From NCBI RefSeq assembly GCF_009914755.1, contig NC_060926.1: DNA of 64,000 bases; one strand, given 5' to 3'. Positions within the stretch are counted from its first letter, which is position 1, and the number at the start of each line of letters is the position of its first letter. Shown here one piece after another: positions 62,400 to 64,000 of this stretch. Made by a program: the position numbers and the translations under genes. A model generated the notes under the pieces. The model did no database searches and was not told where the DNA came from. It saw only the letters and a list, made by a program, of their open reading frames with translations. Origin of the DNA: the human T2T-CHM13v2.0 reference genome, Homo sapiens.

Positions 62400-63380
62400 A
62401 AATCTCTGTGTATATGTACATGTGTGCACATCAGGGGGTTTAAAATATATGTAGAATGAAAATACATGGCAATGATAGCATAAAAGACAGAAGGAGTAAA
62501 TGGAATAATATATTCAAAGATCCTTGCACTCTTCATCAATTGGTAAAACCACGAATTTAAATTAGATTTTAATTAAATGAGGGTTCATTTCATAATTTCT
62601 ATGTAATAGAAATCTTTTAGTAGTTACTAAAAAATAGTAAACAAATATATTGTGTAGCTAGGAAGTGAATAGAGGGGAAAATGAAATAATACAACACCAC
62701 CTAATTCAGAATAAAGCAAGAAGGCTAGAAAAATAAATATAGAACAGAGGGGACAAAAAAAAAAAAAACCCTCCAGTGATAAATGGTATTAGATTGGTGC
62801 AAACTAATTGCAGTTTTGCCATTACTTTCAATGGCAAAAAAAATGCAATTACTTTTGCACCTACCTAATAGATTTAACTGACATATCAGAAGTCATATCA
62901 AATGGTAAATGGACTAAAAGATAAATGGTAAATAGACTAGGAGATAAAGATTGTCCAAATGGATTAAAAGGCCAAGATTCAACTATATGTTGCTAACAAG
63001 ACATAAACCTTGAATATTATGTTACAGAAACATTCAAAATAGATGGATATAGCAAATATATCTTGCAAATGATTTATAAGTAAGCTGGTGTAGCTATGCC
63101 AATACCAGACAAAGTACACTTTTAAGGTAATAAGTATAATTACAGATGGAGAAGGACATCTCATAATGATACGTCAATTCACTAGGGAATTATAATTGTC
63201 TTAAATTTACATATACTAGATAGCCTCAAAAATTGCCAAAAGAAAAAGAAAAAGTATACATATACAATAACAGTGGGAAATGCAATGCGTCTCTTTTTGT
63301 AACTGATAGAATGAGCACAGAAATCTATGTAAGGGTATTATCTAAGGATATAAAGTATCCAATTAATATGAGTAAAATAG
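62400..63380 (+). mobile_element. ancient L1M fragment (inter-ORF region / ORF2 endonuclease start)
   Basis: GTAAATGGACTAAA, CAACTATATGTTG, AAGCTGGTGTAGCTAT...CAGACAAAGTA. Confidence 0.65.
62789..62868. mobile_element. MADE1 (Hsmar1-derived MITE)
   Basis: 80-bp palindrome TTAGATTGGTGCAAA...TTTGCACCTACCTAA flanked by TA dinucleotides. Confidence 0.92.
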
Positions 63381-63399
63381 TATCATTTGAGAGATCAAT

Positions 63400-63705
63400 G
63401 AGGTCTAGTCTATTTCAGTGAATCATTTGACAAAGTTTTTCCATGATAACCTTGTGACAAGATGAATAAATGTAGGCTGCACAAGTAGAAAGTTAGGATA
63501 ATTTTGGTGAATGAAATACCCAATGAGTTTCTGTAAATTTTCTGATGCTACAAGTTATGTTCTTGGTCCAGTTCTATTCAATTTAAATAATAGGTAGCTA
63601 TTACCCATGATGATGGGCTCAGAGTCACAATTCTCATAATGGTTTGGAGCATTGAGCTAAACCTGTGAGATGAAAATTTAATTGATATAAATGCAAGGTA
63701 CTCTT
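63400..63705 (+). mobile_element. CR1/L3 LINE RT fragment
   Basis: TTTCAGTGAATCATTTGACAAAGTTTTTCCATGATAACCTTG (DFSKAFDKVSH-like); TTGGTCCAGTTCTATTCAA. Confidence 0.7.
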
Positions 63706-63927
63706 TGTTGCTTGTTTTAGAGTAAAATAGCGTTTTTAAAATGAGACACAACATGCATATATGCAATAAACTACGTAAATCTTAATGAATTTGTATTTAT
63801 GTGTACACTTATGTAACCAGGTCCTAGAATATTTCCAGCACCCTGGAAAGCTCCTTCATGTCCCTTTCTAGTCAATAACCTCCCCCTACAGAGGTAACCA
63901 ATATTCTGCCTTCTATTATCATAGATT

Positions 63928-64000
63928 CTTGGAGAAAACTCTCAAACCATGTTTTTCCTCTGTTCTCACACAACCACCCAATCACCAACTCAGAAGACTT
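63928..64000. mobile_element. ERV-type LTR end cut by the window edge (family uncertain)
   Basis: TTTTTCCTCTGTTCTCACA...CAGAAGACTT resembles a MER4/21/34-group LTR terminus. Confidence 0.45.

Overview
Primate (human-like) genomic DNA, AT-rich and dominated by transposable elements. I found no supportable protein-coding exon, RNA gene, CpG island or CRISPR array. The long ORFs in the track are LINE-1 remnants; the rest are Alu/LTR read-throughs or chance ORFs. Positions ~7.8-47.5 kb are two stacks of nested LINE-1s, almost all on the minus strand, and each stack contains a near full-length L1PA7-like element with a clear target-site duplication (TSD). Solo MaLR/ERV LTRs, Alus, MIR/L2/CR1 and DNA-transposon fossils fill most of the rest, with a few unique stretches that could be regulatory. 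I see no evidence of a new gene-encoded system. The most interesting signals are structural: (1) the two L1PA7-like copies, 17.3 kb apart, share many unusual variants and look like sisters or parent/daughter despite independent insertion; (2) a local template-switch duplication built a ~91-nt near-perfect hairpin at 46795-46885; (3) several junctions record deletions, and microsatellites appear to have arisen inside Alu TSDs. Subfamily names come from my recall of consensus sequences, not from a search; boundaries of old repeats are approximate.
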